Shown: piece by piece, positions 26,740 through 40,358 of the stretch
Layout of the letters: every line of letters starts with the position of its first letter
Position numbering within the stretch: position 1 is the stretch's first letter
NCBI GenBank assembly: GCA_030265395.1
Contig: JARFYF010000060.1
Location: 15,292,141-15,356,140, forward strand
Length of the DNA: 64,000 nucleotides
Direction: 5' to 3'
DNA from: Rhina ancylostomus
Lineage: Eukaryota
Notes under the pieces: model-generated
Seen by the model: the letters and a program-made list of their open reading frames with translations, nothing else
The model's database searches: none
What the model was told of the DNA's origin: nothing
Position numbers and translations under genes: made by a program

Positions 26740-27340
26740 CATAAAACTTTACCTACAGCTCTCGATATTTGATTTGCTGGAACACAGGTCCCACCAAGAT
26801 TCAACCAAAGCCCACACCAACGGAACTCTCACTCTTTCAACAATACTGGTGCCAGCGCTCCATGAACTGAAGCCCATTTCCCCCATACCCGTCCTTGAGC
26901 CACATATTCAACTCTGATCTTATTAACTGGATGCTAACTTACATGCGATTCAGCTAGGAATCCAAAGATTAATACTTTCTGGCTCTACTTTTCAATGTGG
27001 ACCTTAGCTGCTCATACTCCTTCAGAAGAACCTCATCCTTTACGTTCTTGGTCCTCACATGAGCCAGGACCACCAGGTCTTTCCTCCTTCCACTCTTGAA
27101 TAACCAATAATGCAGTACTTAACCTAAGTAGTATGAGTGCTTTCAGGAACAAAGTGTCCAGATAACCTACCCTTTCCCTGATGCATTGCAGTACCGAAAT
27201 CTCAGTCTCCAGTTCATCAACTCCGAGCTGATGTTTAAGCTACCAGACAGTGCAGATGGAGCAACGATGGATCGCAACAGCTTGAATCATCTCTTACACA
27301 GAGCACTAACATCACATCATCCACCCTGCCATGCTGGATT
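26740..27340 (-). mobile_element. CR1 ORF1 remnant (coiled coil plus esterase)
   Basis: Minus-strand VDELETEISVLQCIRERVGYLDTLF, DEVLLKEYEQL and LNMWLKDGYGGNGLQFMERWHQY. Confidence 0.75.
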
Positions 27341-28899
27341 TAATTTAATGTAATCAGCTGAATTTTGTTGCTTTAACACCTTTTGATATAAAGCTGCACT
27401 GTTACATTTACTCAGAGTTCCACACTCAGTGCCCACTGCACGCTGTACTAAAGCACACTGCACCTTAGCAAAACCCATAGATTTATATTCCCTACTCTCC
27501 CACATTAAGTTAGAGGACTTGAGTTAACCAGTTCCACCTGGCTTACCTAATTACTTGGCAGGTGACTTGTTTACCATTTTGAACTACTTATTATCACTAC
27601 AAATGAAACCTATCAGGTTAAGCAAAATTAACTGTTACCACTAAATTAAACCACTAAATATTTGAAATGAAATAATCTCCTTTGTCATTGATGTCCAACT
27701 TCCATAGATAATACACTGAGCGGCACAACTCACTGTGCTATAGGAACAGATGTGGGCTATTTAGCACCTGTGAAATGTAATCCTTTGTCACAACTGCCCC
27801 CACTAGTCCTATGCTCCCTCTGAATGGCCCCAAAAGACACATGCTCTCTCTGAACCCCTCTTCCAACAAGTCTGCAGTTCCTCAGAGCTGATTTTCTGCC
27901 ATTTAATAAGATCACTGCTGACCCATTATTTAACTACTTAAATCCTTCATCTCATTTGATACTGTTGATTTCACTTTTGGCACCTCAAAATCATTCAAGC
28001 CCAAGTTCACCATCTTTCCTTGGAGAAGAAATGAAGATCCCCAGATGAAACAAGTTTGGGGACAAGTGAACACCCGTCGTGGAAAGTGGCATCCATGACT
28101 GATATGCCATTAATAGATTAGATCATCCTGGATCTGGCTCATTGTCTGAATTTACCGCCTGAGTGCAAAAAAAACCCATTATGGAAACAGAGAGGCAGTC
28201 AAGCTGACCCTCCAGATCCGTGAATTGTTGTAGGGTCCATACCTCAGGCATAATAGTCAGAGGCATTTAAAAACTACTCAAAAAGATAAATAACTTTTTA
28301 AATTAAAGTTAGTAGAAATGAAATTTAACTTAATTTAATTGAAACACATTAAAATTATGGCAGTTAAAATTAAGTAAAATAAGGAAGCCACTTAGCTTCC
28401 TTTACTTTTTTCTCCAAGTTATTGGGACACAGTTATGAGGCCTGCAATCCAGATGTAAATCTGAAGGGTTGATGCCAACTGCATCCAGTCCTTTGCCTCA
28501 CATATCGGTACTTTGTCACGGGACTCAATGGAGAGTCCAATAGCTCAGCCCAAGGTCAGATGTACTAACATCTGCCTTCCAGCTCACATGGACACCTCTG
28601 TTGAACCAGCAGTTATAGGTAAACTCAATCCAGGCCAACATTTTGCTACTGATTGAGCAATATCATCCCAAGGGACACAGAATGGCAAGTCTGCATCAGA
28701 GGACAGTTCTACTGATGGTGTATTCAAGTTCTGTATCTAATCTCTGCTCCAACAGATCAGAATGCCTTGTCTTTATTCCACACCCCTGAAAATATCCAAA
28801 TCTGAACCTGGCTGTACATAACCCCATGGTGGGCTTTCATGTCATCGCCATGCTCACTTACTGACCAGCTCTATATCATCCAACTTTGCTCATCGCAGC

Positions 28900-29398
28900 C
28901 AGTCTGCTGTTGAAATGCTCATCCATTTTTTTGGAATTGTCAAGCTTCACAATTCCTTTACATTCCTATTTGGCCTCCCATTTTCAGGGCTCACCCACAG
29001 TTCTGCCACCCACTTCATAAATCACACCATCAAAAATCGCTCATTATCCATGAGCTCTCTGACCTACAATAGCTCCCAGTGAAGAAATCCCTCAATTTTA
29101 ATATTCTCACCCATTTTCAAATGTCTACTTGGTCTTACAACCCCCACCCCACAAAATATTCACACTGCTCTGCTTCAAGGTTTATTGCAAGACCGACTTT
29201 AATCAATCCACTGTTGCCAGCAATATTTTCAGCTCCAACTTTTCTGTCTTTTTCCCTCCTTTGGGAGAGGATCCTGATAACCTATGTATTTGACAAACCC
29301 TTTCTAGCTCCTTACTGGCTTGGCATTAATTTTGTTTTAGTAACAATCCTGTGAATCATTTTAATACTTTAAAACAATAAAAATGTCCTATTTAAATA
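28900..29398 (+). mobile_element. L2 LINE 3' fragment
   Basis: Remnants of ETLIHAF..SRLD, LxDLHWLPV and FKIL (ctctctgacctacaatagctcccagtg...aattttaatattctc). Confidence 0.65.
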
Positions 29399-29528
29399 CA
29401 AAAAAAAGAGGATCTTCAACCTGAAATGTTAACTGTTTGTCATTTCACAGATGCTGCCTGACCCTCTGAGTGCTTCCAGTATTTTCTGGTTTTATTTCAG
29501 ATTTCAAGTATCTGCAATTCTTTGATTT
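29399..29528 (+). mobile_element. Short pLTR insertion with a perfect 11-bp TSD
   Basis: ctatttaaata at 29388-29398 and 29529-29539 flanks acctgaaatgttaact...cagatgctgcctgacc...atctgca. Confidence 0.75.
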
Positions 29529-32229
29529 CTATTTAAATAAAAGGTGCTGTTGATGGCAACGTCAGGGAAGCTTATTCTGTATTTTCTGAGAGATGATCAA
29601 GCCACAGTTTTTCAGTTTAAGGTTGAGTGTTTGCTGTGATAGTGAAACAGGAATTTTACATTGCCCTCACCCCTGCCCAGGGAATATTGGATGTAAAATA
29701 TCTAGAAATATACATCATTCATCAGTCTGGTATATCTCACCTTCATGTATATTAAACTTAAATCCCCTATGGCCATAATAATAAACATACTTCAAGCTTG
29801 ATGTAATCCGTTTTCTGAGGCATGAAGTTCATTCAATTTTACTTTGCAATATTTAAATTTTACAGAAAGCTATTGATGTCACATCCCCTCTTTCAAGCAT
29901 CTGGGGCTAATGAGTCTGAAGCAGATTTTTTTTGTGTTCCAAATCAGAAAGATTTATCAGCCTGGACCACAAGGAGGAGAGACTGGGTTTGAGGAATCAT
30001 CAAAACAGCAATGAAAGGGTAAATGAGCCTCTAATGAAAGACCAGCACATTGGGAACTGGCACACTAATTACATGGCCGGCCAGTGTCTTTCTCTCTCTC
30101 TCAGCCCACACACCTATTTATAGAAAATTGATGCAGGGAGAGACTGGGTCCACGCCCAGACTGGTAGTCACCGGCTCCTCACAGTAATTAACAGGCAGAG
30201 AGGTCTCATCTACTGCACAGAATATGAAGCTGTAGCAACGGAACAATGCATGTGTTTAAACACTGNNNNNNNNNNNNNNNNNNNNNNNNNNNNNNNNNNN
30301 NNNNNNNNNNNNNNNNNNNNNNNNNNNNNNNNNNNNNNNNNNNNNNNNNNNNNNNNNNNNNNNNNGAGCTGCAATTAAAAGACACATTGTCAGCATTCCA
30401 TCCCCTACCACTTCAAAGACAACCCAAAACAACCCCAGGATATCTCAGTGCAAACACCATGGACTCACAAAAAAATGGGTGTGCAGCCTTGGTTAGCAAA
30501 CTCTCCCAAATCCAAAATACATGGATGACTGTGGCAAGGCTGCAAAAGACCCTAGACATACCCAGGCGACCGGGGTTACAGCCATACATCACCCACCACA
30601 AGCGAAATGTATGGCGGGGGGGGGGGGGAAGGTGGGGGAAGTTAAGTGCAGGGTGCAGAGGAAGCAGCAGGGGGAAGAGGCTGCCAAGGGAGAGGGTGCA
30701 CAGGGAAGCAGAGAGATGGAGTGCACAAGGAGTGGGAAAGAGAAATAACGAGAGAATGTTGAGTCGTGAGACCAAGACGGAATGAAGGTAACAGAACGAG
30801 TGAAGAATGAGGACGTAGAAGTTAACGGCAGAAGGAGGGGAGGTGCAGGGAGCCAACTGTCCCAACACCACGTCTGCTAGAAAAGCTACAGCCATTCTGT
30901 GAGTTGATCAAGCCACAATTTCTCAGCTGAAGGCTGTGGGTTTCTCAACCTCAAAATAAATCTCAGTGACTTCCCAGCCGGAAACCACTCGGGTTTCAAT
31001 GCTCACCACACGCTTCAAACATCTCGAGCTTTTGAGCCTCTTGTGTTTCAAGCTTGAGCGTAGCAGTCCGTGAGAAGAGGGAAGGTCAAGGATCAGAGAA
31101 GCAAAGCCCCACCTGCCAGTGAGACCAAAGGGAAGCACAGGTGGTCACAAGGTTAAATCCTGCTTCAACTCTTGCTTCAAGAAAGCAGGCAGGCCGGTCA
31201 GAGGGCTTAAACAGACTGACACTCCTCAGTCAGTGAGATCAGAGGAAAGTTTGAGGTTTGAAGGGATGAGAATTGGCACCTCTCCCACCAGTTCATGAGG
31301 CTTGATGAACCTTTGATCAATGTCTTTAATACAATGAATCTGTCTGTCTCTCTCACTTGTCATTGAATGAAAAAAAATCTTTCCACAACCTCTCCAAACC
31401 AACAATATCTAAACCCGAACAGACTAAAATATCAGACAGGGAGACACAACCAGGCCAGAAATTTAAAACTTAAAACAAAAGCCTTTTTAATCATAAACAC
31501 TCTTCATAGATGGTTAATGCTCAGGACAAGGAATGCGATGACAATAAAGTGCTCATTCCTCTCACAGCTTTATACCTTTCATTTCTTAAAAAATGAGTGG
31601 ATATTTGACAGCAATATTCAGACTTTACTCCCTCAACAGTCCAGGAGTTCCTCAGAGATAAAAATCAACATTTCAAAAGCAAATCACGCAAATAGTTTTT
31701 TTAAAATTCTGTCAGCCATAATTAAAAGAATTGTACTTCCACTCATCCTGGAATTCAAGGGCTGTCAGCCGGTGGAAATTGCAGATTTGATTACACCCCA
31801 AAACAGCAGACAGATCACTGCTCTTGATTCAAGCCTTGTTCAGACTTGTAACAGCTTCTGTAGTTCACACCCTGCGAATGACTCTGCTTTTACACAGCCT
31901 GCCCAAGGCGATAGGGCGTTCTGCACAACACACCCGAGTGGGTCCCAAAACAACATGCATTCCACCTCAGGTTGTCTCTGAAAGGTCAACAGCAACACAA
32001 GTGATTGGTCCACTACACAGTCGACATTTAACCCAGTGTTCTTAATTGTTTGAGTGCAAATTCAACAAGAATAATCAAAAACCAACATCAGATCCTAGTG
32101 TGAATGAAATGGTAGGGAACAGACCAGAGGTTCTGCTCTATACGAGACGTGTGATGTTCCTCTCCCACTTGTCCAGAGGGATACAGGCTTGGGGGAGGGG
32201 GGCGGTTGGAGGGGATGCAAGGCTGTAGT

Positions 32230-34760
32230 CCTGGGACCCCCTCGACATGGAATCCAGACACAATTATGCCATATCAGGTCAAACATCAGCAAGGAAATCT
32301 CCTACTCATAACCACCTATCAGCTTCCCTCAGCTGTTGAAACATTGCTACCCCATGTGAAACAATGCTTGGAAGAAGCACTGAAATCAGCAAGGGTAAAG
32401 AATGTATTCTAGATGGAGGACTTCAATGTCTCCCATAAAGAGTGGCTTACTAACACCACCCTGTATGAACTGGCTGAGTTTTGAAGGACATTGCTGCCAG
32501 ACTGGGCCTGTAAACCAACAGACAGGATAAACCTATTCAGCTTCCTCCTCATCAACTCACTTGTGGCAGATGCATCTGTCTGTGATGTTATTGGTAAAGG
32601 TTACCACCACACAGTCCTCATGGAGACAAAGTCACATCTTCACACTGGTGTCACACTCCATTATGTTGTGTGATAGTACAATCACACAAAATGGTGGAGA
32701 ATTAGAACAAATCCAGAAGCTCAAAACATTCATGAGGCAATGTACACCACCACTTTCTGTAACTTAATGGCCTAACACATCTCTTTTTGCACTATTACTA
32801 TCAAGCTAGGGATCAACCCTGGCTGCAGAATTCAGTAGGGCATATCAGGATCAGCACAAGGCATAGCTAACAATGTGCTGCGAACTTGATAAAGTTGCAA
32901 CACAGGACTACAGATCTGTATTCTTTGGAGTTTAGACGAATGACAGGTGACCTTATTGAAACATACAAGATCCTGAGAGGGCATGACTGGGTAGATACTG
33001 AGATATTTTCACTCATGGAAGAATCTCCAACAAGGAGAGAGTTTCAAGATAAGGGGCTGATCATGTAAAACCAAAGTAAGNNNNNNNNNNNNNNNNNNNN
33101 NNNNNNNNNNNNNNNNNNNNNNNNNNNNNNNNNNNNNNNNNNNNNNNNNNNNNNNNNNNNNNNNNNNNNNNNNNNNNNNNTTGAAACATACAAGATCCTG
33201 AGAGGGCATGGGAACATAGATACTGAGATGGTTCCACTGGTGGGATAGTCTCAAATAAGTGGAAATAGCTAAAGGAAAAAGCAGGCATTTAAAACTGTGG
33301 TGCATAGGAATTTCTTCTTGCAATTGGCAGTGAATCATTGTGAAGGTCTACTCCGAAAGATTGAGGCTAAATCACTGGTTGGTATTTAAAGAGGAAGTAG
33401 TACACTTTTGAAAGAATGGGGAACTGAGGGCTATATGGAACTGGTACAGAAGAAAAGCTGAGACAGGGGAAAATCAGCAACGAACATATTGAATGTCAGG
33501 ACAGGTTTGAGGGGCCACAGAGCCAACTCTTCCTCATTTTCTTGTGTTTTGTGTACTGGCTGGTTGAATATAATAGACAGGGCTAAACAATTTCACAGTC
33601 GTAAGATCAGATTAAAACTATGCAGTCCTGCTACATCTACTTGTGACTGGTGGCGAATAATTAACAGCTAATGGGAAGAAGCAGCTCCAAGAGCATCCCT
33701 ATCCTCCACAACTGTGATGCCAGTAACATGAGTGCATGAACGATCCTGGGCTTCCACAGAAGTCAGTGCCCAGCCAAACTGATTCACTCTACCTGGGAAT
33801 AAGAAATGGCTAAGAGGTCTAGTTTAGCCAAGGCTAAATGGGGCCCGCCAACTTCCCAAGTCCTGAAGACCTGTGCACTAGGACCAACTGTGCTGCTCAC
33901 CAAGCAGTTCCAGCACCTACCAAACAATGCAGAAAATTGCGCAGTTCTGTCCTGATCATAAAAACAAGACATGCCCAAGTGAAAAATCAAAAAAAAATCC
34001 AAAATAAAAACAGAAAATGTTGGAAATACTGTTTCTCTCATCATACACACGGCCTGACTTGCAGACTATTTTCCGCACTCAGTTTTTATTCATGACATAT
34101 CCAATCTGACTAATTACTGCCTTATAAGTCTACTCAATCATCAGCAAAGTGATGGAAGATGTTATCAATCGTACTAATCAAGTAGCACTTCCTCACCAAC
34201 CTCTCAGTAATGCTCAGTTTGGGTTTTGCCAGGACCACTTAGCTCCAGCCCTCAGACAGACAAACAGCTGAATTCCAAAAGCAAGATGAGGATGACTGCC
34301 CTCAGCATCAAGACAGCATTTGACTATGACAACAAGAGCTCTAATAAAACAGGCAATAGGCATCAACAGGGAATTGTCAATGGTCGTAGCTGTTGGAGTC
34401 AATCATCCTAGCTCCTTGATATCAATGCAGGAGTTCTTCAGGGCAGTATCCTAGGCCCACCCATTTTCAGCTACTTCAATGAATTTCCATCAAAAGATCA
34501 GAAATGCGGACATTCACTGACAGTTATACAATTTTAAATTCTTTTTGCAACAGCAAAAGAAACAGCCTATGCATGCATGCAATAAGATCCAAAGAACATT
34601 CAGGCAAGGGCAGATAAGAGGCAAGTAAAAGTCAGAACAAATATCAAATCCTAGCACTCCCTTTCCAACAATATTGTGAGAGCACTTCACTGGCTCACTA
34701 CCACTTTCTCAAGGGCAATTAGGGTAGGGCAACAAACACTGGCTTTGCCGGATCTCCAAA
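32230..34760 (+). mobile_element. Second LINE family, APE endonuclease to RT to 3' end, decayed; interrupted by CR1 (about 32915-33555) and a pLTR palindrome
   Basis: GNLLLITTYQLPS...EDFNVSHKEWL (GDFN motif), NYCLISLLN, QFGFCQ, GVLQGSILGP. Confidence 0.8.
33990..34092. mobile_element. Minimal palindromic pLTR remnant
   Basis: aataaaaacagaaaatgttggaaata versus tattttccgcactcagtttttatt. Confidence 0.55.
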
Positions 34761-34860
34761 ATAAATAAATAAAAGGCCTGATTTGGCTGCTTTAGAATGC
34801 TTTGATTCTAGGCAAGGATCCACATGCCATAAGATTCAAACATAACTGTCACATATTTAC

Positions 34861-35072
34861 CTGTAACAGGTGTAATGCTAATACTTATAACTTGAATATA
34901 TTCAGTTCCTTTCTCATAATCGGGTTCATTTTAAATCTGTATTTAAAATGAACCTGATACAAAAAGAACTGAATGGTCTGGATTTGGCAGTCATTGCACT
35001 TGTCCTCATTCTGCAGGGTTTTGAATTGCATTATTTAAATTAGAAATTCAAAGTACTATGGAGATGTTGGAC
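34861..35072 (-). other. Candidate non-coding (5' UTR) exon
   Basis: Strong acceptor (TC)n-TTCCTGTTATTGCAG|G at 35073/35072 and donor CAG|GTAAAT at 34861/34860; no recognisable protein. Confidence 0.35.
34900..34974. repeat. AT-rich hairpin of about 75 nt
   Basis: 34919-34936 pairs with 34941-34958 (18 bp, one G-U on +) around a ctgt loop; outer 9-bp stem attcagttc/gaactgaat. Confidence 0.85.
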
Positions 35073-35189
35073 CTGCAATAACAGGAAGAGAGAGAGAGAG
35101 AAAAAATAGTCACAGTATGCCTTCTGAACAAATCACATTGAGGAAGCCCAACGATCACTAAAGAGTCTGAACCAGGAAGTCCAAGTCTG

Positions 35190-36490
35190 GAACCTAGAGG
35201 GGCAGGCTGTGCAGCCCTTCAAGCAAGTTCTGCTACTTAATGAGATTACAGGTAACCCAACCCACTTGTGCCCTATATCTAAATGCCTTAGATGGAAAAG
35301 TGCTATTTGCTGAAGAGAGTTCTAAACTTCCATAACAAAAAAAAGTTTCCTTTCTACTCCTGAGGTTTGGTTCTAATTTTTTTTAAGACCAGTCCTAAAC
35401 TGCCCAACCAATGAACTAGCTTTTTTTGAATTTCTCCTAACTGTCCCACTTTACTCAACTATTTAATTTCATAAAACTTTCAATTAAATTATCCTTGAAC
35501 TTTTAAATTTCACAGAGTATAACCCCAGTTTGTATAAAGGAATCTTGTAATCTAGCCATTGGTGTCCAGGTATCACTGGTAAATCTTACACTGCATTGTC
35601 TCTTTGGTTATTATGACCCTATGATGTGGTTTCCACGACTGCTCACACGTGTCTAACAGGTGTGCTCACAGGTGTGGTCTAACTGGGTCTTTGTATAGCT
35701 NNNNNNNNNNNNNNNNNNNNNNNNNNNNNNNNNNNNNNNNNNAACCCAGAATTCCAATAGCCTTTGATCATGTAGTTATCTACACAGAAAGTTTCTAACT
35801 TTTCACCATTTAAAAAGCACTCTGTTCTTTCTAAGTCAAAAGTGGGCAAACTAATGTTTGACTCCATCAAAATTTATTTTCTGCAGTACTGCACATCACT
35901 TAACCTATTAATGTCTCTTTACAACTTAATGCTTCCATCTGCATTGCTTACAATGCCACCCATCTTTGTTTCATCAGCAAACATGGTTTTCCCATAGCAT
36001 CTAAATTAATCATAAGAAAGAACAGTTTTGGCCCCAACATGTATTCATCAACCTAGCAGATCATTGGTCACATCCTGCCAATTTTATCCCTTTGTCCCTG
36101 TTCTTTGTACCCTGGTGCTTAATTTCTAAATAAGATTGATAAGCTGTCTTCAATTCCATGCACTTTGAATTATCTACAGGGGGTTTAAATAAAGTTTTTT
36201 GGAAGTCCATAGATGATCCCCTGTCCACTACAGTTTCTTATTCAAAAACTTTAATTATCTCTCTCTGATCAAATGAAAATGTTCAGGGCATTTAGAAACA
36301 AGCATAAGCTCTGGCAATTTCTCAGTGACAGGCATTAAAGTAGTGTTTTCCCCCTCTACCAGTCTTTAATAACAGACTGAAATATGTAATTCTTCTCCTA
36401 AAGGAACAGTCTAAATCAAAATAGTATTGGAAGATTAAAGTTAGGGGATTTGCAGTGTCCTCTTATACTTCCATTAAAAGTCGTATAGCA
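35190..36490 (-). mobile_element. Decayed CR1 fragment
   Basis: Peptide CFLNGEKLE; ccacccatctttgtttcatcagcaaac = FADETKMGG on the minus strand. Confidence 0.65.
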
Positions 36491-36649
36491 CAAAAGTATT
36501 TTAATTAGTGTACAAAAAGCACAAGAAAGAAATAATAGATTCAAATGAGAGAAGAACAGGAGGCAAATAAATTTTTAAAATTTTTAAAACTTCAATAATA
36601 GTTAAAGTCTGAAAGAATGAGACTCCAAGTTTAAATTAATCTTTTTTTA

Positions 36650-36887
36650 TTTTAATTTGCAGCGTGGTAACAGGCCCTTCTGGCCCAACAAGTCCACGCC
36701 GCCCATTTTAAACCCCAAATTAACCTACCTGTACATCTTTTAGATTGTGGGAGGAAGCCAGAGCACCCGGAGGAAACCCACGCAGATACGGGAGAACGTA
36801 TAAACTCATTACAGAAAGCGACAGGAATCAAACTCGATCGCTGGCGTTGTAATAGTGTTGTGCTAACCACTATGCTACCATGCCGCC
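36650..36887 (-). mobile_element. Near full-length tRNA-derived V-SINE (HE1-like)
   Basis: A box TAGCATAGTGG, B-box-like GAGTTTGATTCC, core GTGGGTTTCCTCCGGGTGCTCTGGCTTCCTCCCACA and a CR1-like 3' tail gggccagaagggcctgtt. Confidence 0.9.
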
Positions 36888-37035
36888 TAATACAGAGGTG
36901 TATTTTCAGAGCCTGAGAGGTTGTTGAAACTGGCAGGCTCAAACATTTTATGACACATTTACCGGATATCGAGTGGTTAAGTAGTGCAATGTCAGACAAG
37001 TCTCTCTGCAAGCTACTTCTCAACCAGACCCTTAT

Positions 37036-37073
37036 AAAACGACTGGATCCCAAAACGACTGGATCCCAAAACG
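37036..37073. repeat. Perfect 16-bp tandem duplication
   Basis: aaaacgactggatccc twice, plus a partial third copy. Confidence 0.95.
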
Positions 37074-37114
37074 CCTGATTACGTTTTATCACACTGAGGG
37101 AATGCACAAAACGA

Positions 37115-37770
37115 TAAAATGTAGGAATAGGAGTAGGCCATTCAGGCCCTTAAGCCTGCTCCACTATTCAAAAGGATCATGGCATGACTTTCCTTAGTTC
37201 TAATTTCCCACCATTTCCCTATTTCTCTTGCTCCATCTCTTCTCTCCACTTTTTATATATACTGGCCATCTCCCCTCTATCTTTCAGTCCAGAAGGGTCT
37301 CAACCCAGGATATGGACTGTCCATTTCCCTCCAACAGATGTTGCCTGAAGCACTGAGTTCCTCCAGCATCTTGTGTGTTGCCCTTTATTCCCTGATTGAT
37401 TAAAAATTCATCTCAGTGTTAAATATACAAATGGTCTCTGCCTCCACAGCTCGAGGGCAGGTAATTCCAAAGATACTTTTTGCCCCTGAGGGTTGTGTAT
37501 TCTCATCACAGCCTTAAAATAGTCACCTCCCTCTTGAGATCATGACCCCTGGTTCTGGATCTCCCATTATCCTGTCCAACCCCCAAAAGAAATTATACAT
37601 GTTTTAATAAGATCACCTCTTGTTCTGTCCAATTAGTACAGTCCTAATCTTTACTTTTCCTCAAGTCAACTCCTCCATATCCAGAATCATCTTAGTGAAT
37701 CTCCTCCGAAATGCCTCCAATGAAATATGGAGCAATTATTCACCATACTCTAAAATGTGGTTTCACTAGT
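37115..37770 (-). mobile_element. CR1 3' fragment interrupted by a + pLTR (about 37225-37382)
   Basis: taggaataggagtaggccattcaggcc tail; insert cagtccagaagggtctcaaccc...cagatgttgcctgaagcactgagttcctccagc. Confidence 0.75.
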
Positions 37771-38534
37771 ACAGTAAGATATGTTACTCTAGACGGAGGA
37801 AACAGGATGCAATGCAATATTGTCTGGGGCGTGCAAGCATTGAAGCATCTATACACACACGCACCCTGTCAGTCACGATTATGTTTGATGCTAATGGCAG
37901 TCTGAATTTGGATCAGGTCCCCAGTTTACTGCCCTTTATTATTTGCACATAGTGGGGTCAGTATGAGAGTCAGAGTCATACAGCATAGAAACAGGGCCTT
38001 CAGCCCAACTCATCCATGCCAACCAAGGTGCCTTCCTGCACTAGTCCCTTTGGCTACATTTGACTCATATCCCCCTAAATGATTCCTTATAGATGAGTCA
38101 TCACAGCCTTTCCCCCAATAATCAGCACATGTACAACCATCAATGAAGAACTGTCAGCATGACATAAATAACAACACAAACCCATTCAATCAGCTACAAG
38201 CATCAAGATCCTCACTATTCCAATTAGTATTCCCTTCCCTGCCAGCCATGTTAACTCATTAACATTTACTTATACAACTGGTCACTCTCTATAGCAGAGT
38301 CTTGACACCCAATGTCAGCAACATCACCACATAGGAAAGGTTTATATTTTTCTCAATGATATAGCAAAGGTTAGGAGCTAAAGTCAGGAGTCTATTCGAA
38401 GCTGCTGTTTGTTTTTAAGGGGTATCTTAAAGATGGGTGCCATAGATTAAAGTTAGAGAATATGTTGGGGCACATTATTTTATACCAAATAAGATTCAAA
38501 CAGTTTCAATATGAAGGCCCGAGATAGTTAAAAT

Positions 38535-39005
38535 CATAGAATTCATCATAGAAACAGATCTTTTTGGCCCATCTTGTCCATGATGCCTATCGATACTAAT
38601 CTATTTACCTGCATTAGGCCCATATCATCTCTATGCCTTTCCTTTCCAAACATCTATTAGACATTGTAACTGTATCTGCCTCCTGTGACATCTCATTCTA
38701 AATATTCACCGACTTGTGTGAAAAACCTGCCCTCCTGTCACCTTAAACCTGTGCCCTCTAGTTCTAGACTACTGCCCAGGGAAAAAGATTCTGACCATTT
38801 GTCATACCTATGACACTCATAATTTAATAAATTTCCAAAAGGTCACCCCTCAGCTTCCTGCATTCCAGTAAGAATAAACCCAGCCTATCCAATCTCTCCT
38901 TATAACTGCAGTCCTCCATTCCAGGCAACATCCGGTGAATCTCTTCTGTACTCTGTTACTACCACATCCTTCCTGCAGTATGCAAGCAGAATTTACACAA
39001 TGCAG
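38535..39005 (-). mobile_element. CR1 3' fragment
   Basis: cctgtgccctctagttctag = SRTRGHR; ccaggcaacatccggtgaatctctt = KRFTGCCL-like. Confidence 0.8.
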
Positions 39006-39869
39006 AATACTTCAGTCACACCTGGCTGCAAAGCATCATATTACATTTAAATAGCATCCTTCATCTAATGAAACCTCCCAAGACAGACCTCTGCAGCACT
39101 TACCCCGTACAAATGACGTATCCTCAATCTCTACACATCGTACTTACTAAGCAGCAACTGGTTGGCTCAATTTTACCATTCTCAATTCTGATTTAGAAGA
39201 CGACTAATTAAAATCGACTACAAGTACCACAGGATACGCCAAAGTTCAGTACATCCAACTAAATACATGTAAAGCCTAGCTTCTAGTGTAAGATAACATC
39301 ACAACTGTTACCCCATTTGCCCTTTTCTTCTACCTGTCAAAACTATATTTGCCGAGAGTGAGTACTCATATCATTAAATCATCAACTCTGCCTTGAGAGA
39401 TGGGTGGACATCATTCCCAAGGTAGTGGCTTGGGAGCACTGGGAGTCAGTGTAGAAAGAAATGCCAAAGGAAGGAAGTTAGGAAGTTGTGGGCATNNNNN
39501 NNNNNNNNNNNNNNNNNNNNNNNNNNNNNNNNNNNNNNNNNNNNNNNNNNNNNNNNNNNNNNNNNNNNNNNNNNNNNNNNNNNNNNNNNNNNNNNNNNNN
39601 NNNNNNNNNNNNNNNNNNNNNNNNNNNNNNNNNNNNNNNNNNNNNNNNNNNNNNNNNNNNNNNNNNNNNNNNNNNNNNNNNNNNNNNNNNNNNNNNNNNN
39701 NNNNNNNNNNNNNNNNNNNNNNNNNNNNNNNNNNNNNNNNNNNNNNNNNNNNNNNNNNNNNNNNNNNNNNNNNNNNNNNNNNNAGACATCACCTCCAATA
39801 GCAGAGAACTATCTTAATATTGCACAAGGCGAGTCAGCTCCAATCTGTTGCTTCAAATGGAATTTAAGC

Positions 39870-40358
39870 CAACAAATCTTCAAACTCAGGGTGCTGCCTA
39901 CTGAGGCATGGCTGACATTGAAAGCTAGTCCATATTTTAAGCACATAATATAGGGTGATACTAAGTGAATTAGAGACATGTCCTTTAAAAATAATTCTCC
40001 TGCTGCTTGTTCAGGTGGCTGCAAAAAGATTCTATGGGAAGTAGGAGTAGGGCAGTGAACTGCTTCAATCAGAGTTACCAAAAACAGAATAACTGGTCGA
40101 TCACATTATCATTGTCTGCAAAACGATATTTTGTACCCATTCCCTAGTATATTTCTGCTTTGTAACTATTATTCCATCCAATATATGAATCTCTTGCAGG
40201 GCTCATCGCCACAGAGGGGTCACTTGTGGTAGCATGATGACTGTGCACAAAAGCCATTTAATAACAATAACTGCTCTTCACAGCAGTTAGCTGACTGGGA
40301 AGCATTTGGAAGCAGTTCTGAAGTGGGGTAGGTACAATACCAAAACATCTGTCTTTCT
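39870..40358 (+). mobile_element. Deu-domain SINE (SacSINE/AmnSINE-like), split by a 121-bp insertion
   Basis: caggtggctgcaaaaagattctatgg...aaaacagaataactggtc before the insert and ctgtgcacaaa...gcatttgg...gtctttct after it follow the recalled Deu-SINE order. Confidence 0.55.

Noticed and set aside
30246-30895. 179-aa and 160-aa opposite-strand ORFs
   Set aside because: Low-complexity purine-rich sequence next to a gap; no domain or splice support.
30905-31310. Weak inverted similarity (gttgatcaagcc / ggcttgatgaac; atctcagtgact / agtcagtgagat)
   Set aside because: Too short and patchy to distinguish from chance by eye.
36810-36887. tRNA gene
   Set aside because: The A and B boxes belong to a SINE head that continues into the V-SINE core; no complete cloverleaf seen.
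39400-39953. ORFs containing X runs (also at the other gaps)
   Set aside because: Artefacts of translating through assembly gaps.
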